Under the pieces are notes generated by a model that did no database searches, was not told where the DNA came from, and saw nothing but the letters and a program-made list of their open reading frames with translations. Source: Utricularia gibba (Eukaryota; Plantae; Magnoliophyta). Taken from it: 64,000 bases of DNA. The position numbers and the translations under genes are program-made. The DNA lies in NCBI GenBank assembly GCA_002189035.1, contig NEEC01000007.1, positions 2,542,001 to 2,606,000 of the forward strand. The letters are read 5' to 3'. Numbering within the stretch: the first letter of the stretch is position 1; each line of letters begins with the position of its first letter. This document shows, in pieces, positions 62,840-64,000 of this stretch.

Positions 62840-64000
62840 CTATCCTTGGATGTATTCCAGCACGTCGCACTGATTATCGAATTCCCATACAACTATTTTG
62901 CCATCCAAGCCTGTTATTAGGTGTTCTGATGAAGCGCATGTGCAGAGTGATTTGCAAAACTATATGGGTGTATACAGTTACGGACCTGAAGTGCTGAAGC
63001 GGCGGATAGTGGCGTCCCCCACTCTTTTCAAGGGCTCAACACAACTAAGATCAAAAGAGAAGAAAAGTAGCATGCAAGTAAGTGATGATCCATGGCTCCA
63101 ACACAGAGCAGTGTCGGCATTTTGTGTCTAAAGTCATAACTCTAAGCTGAGTATTTGTTTCGTACGTGATACAGTTCTCGTGTGTAGCTGAACCCGTTTT
63201 AGCAGTTCCATTGCCATTATTGCTCCCCAATTTTGGTTGACCATAGAGTTTTCCAAATTTTTCTGATAACTGAGAAAAAACCAGGTCATGTTTGCATGGA
63301 ATAAGAAAGAAAAGCATGTCATTGGAAAATGTCTGCAGCCTGTTTATGAAACAGAAGGCTTAAATAAGGAGACCATGTACCTGACTGCTATATCTTGGAT
63401 TTGGAGATACTTTTTCATCAGCCTCAAGAAATCTTAAGAAACTCCTGAAAGAACACAAGGTTAAAGTTTTCTCCGCAGGAATCATAACTTTTACCACATC
63501 CTACCAATGGAAAATAAAATGAACACTCGAGATACAGAAATACAGGTATTCAGAAAATAAAATGTGACTTCTGTTAAGCACAAACTGAACATAGAAACTT
63601 TCATTACCATAGCCCCCTATCGTCAGCTGCAAATATCATGGGATTACAGTCATACCCCACACCAACAACCAGCCTCTCAGAAATGAAGAGAATCTGACCC
63701 AAAAACATCATCATTATTTTCACCATAAATAATGCCAGAAAAATTATAATGCTTCTGAAGGTGGATGCTGACCCACATCACGAAGAGGCAAATCACGGAA
63801 TGCTACACTCTGGGCAGATGGGGAAGGACCAACATCATCAACAAAGTAAATCATTGAATTATGGCCTGAAGATTGTATTTCCATGAGCAGAAGCATGAAA
63901 AGGTGCGAGTTGTCAAACTCATTTACAATTGATATTCCAACAAAAATAATCTCAGGTAAGCGAAAATAAAATGCACGTTTATATTGACTCCGACACTAGA
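62840..64000 (-). CDS. ARPC1: Actin-related protein 2/3 complex subunit 1, 3' part (gene continues beyond the window)
   Basis: Exons 63865-63777 (GHNSMIYFVDDVGPSPSAQSVAFRDLPLRD), 63693-63608 (ILFISERLVVGVGYDCNPMIFAADDRGLW), 63444-63381, 63269-63166, 63044-62986 (RRFSTSG), 62910-62840 (LDGKIVVWE...*). The frame is continuous. Confidence 0.92.

Noticed and set aside
63010-63025. Suspected frameshift in the ARPC1 G run
   Set aside because: A recount gives five Gs, which keeps the frame (RVGDATIRRFSTSG).

Overview
Gene-dense eudicot nuclear DNA, probably asterid (an inference from the COG5 fragment's resemblance to asterid sequences as I recall them). No CRISPR array, rRNA or tRNA was recognised. 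Order: an ~11 kb stretch with no recognisable protein gene; two tandem WSD1-like wax-ester synthase/DGAT genes (+), each with a single 1-nt deletion in a C run as assembled; a C19 gibberellin 2-oxidase (-); a GARP/G2-like Myb gene (-); VPS16/VCL1 (-); a truncated COG5 pseudogene with an in-frame stop, wedged between the callose synthase stop and the VPS16 start (-); callose synthase of the CalS7/GSL7 type (-); an osmotin/thaumatin-like gene (+); a small acidic protein with a SWxxCCGL tail (-); a possible spliced non-coding/sORF unit (+); a PDF1-like gene (+); a domesticated hAT (SLEEPER-type) gene (-); HVA22f (+); and the 3' part of ARPC1 (-). Best leads: (1) the COG5 relic occupying the VPS16 promoter space, (2) the twin frameshifts in both WSD copies, either real loss or homopolymer assembly error, (3) an orphan promoter followed by a miR165/166-like complementary site and imperfect hairpin at ~8 kb. 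Gene identities rest on recalled homology and hand-derived splice models, not on database searches.
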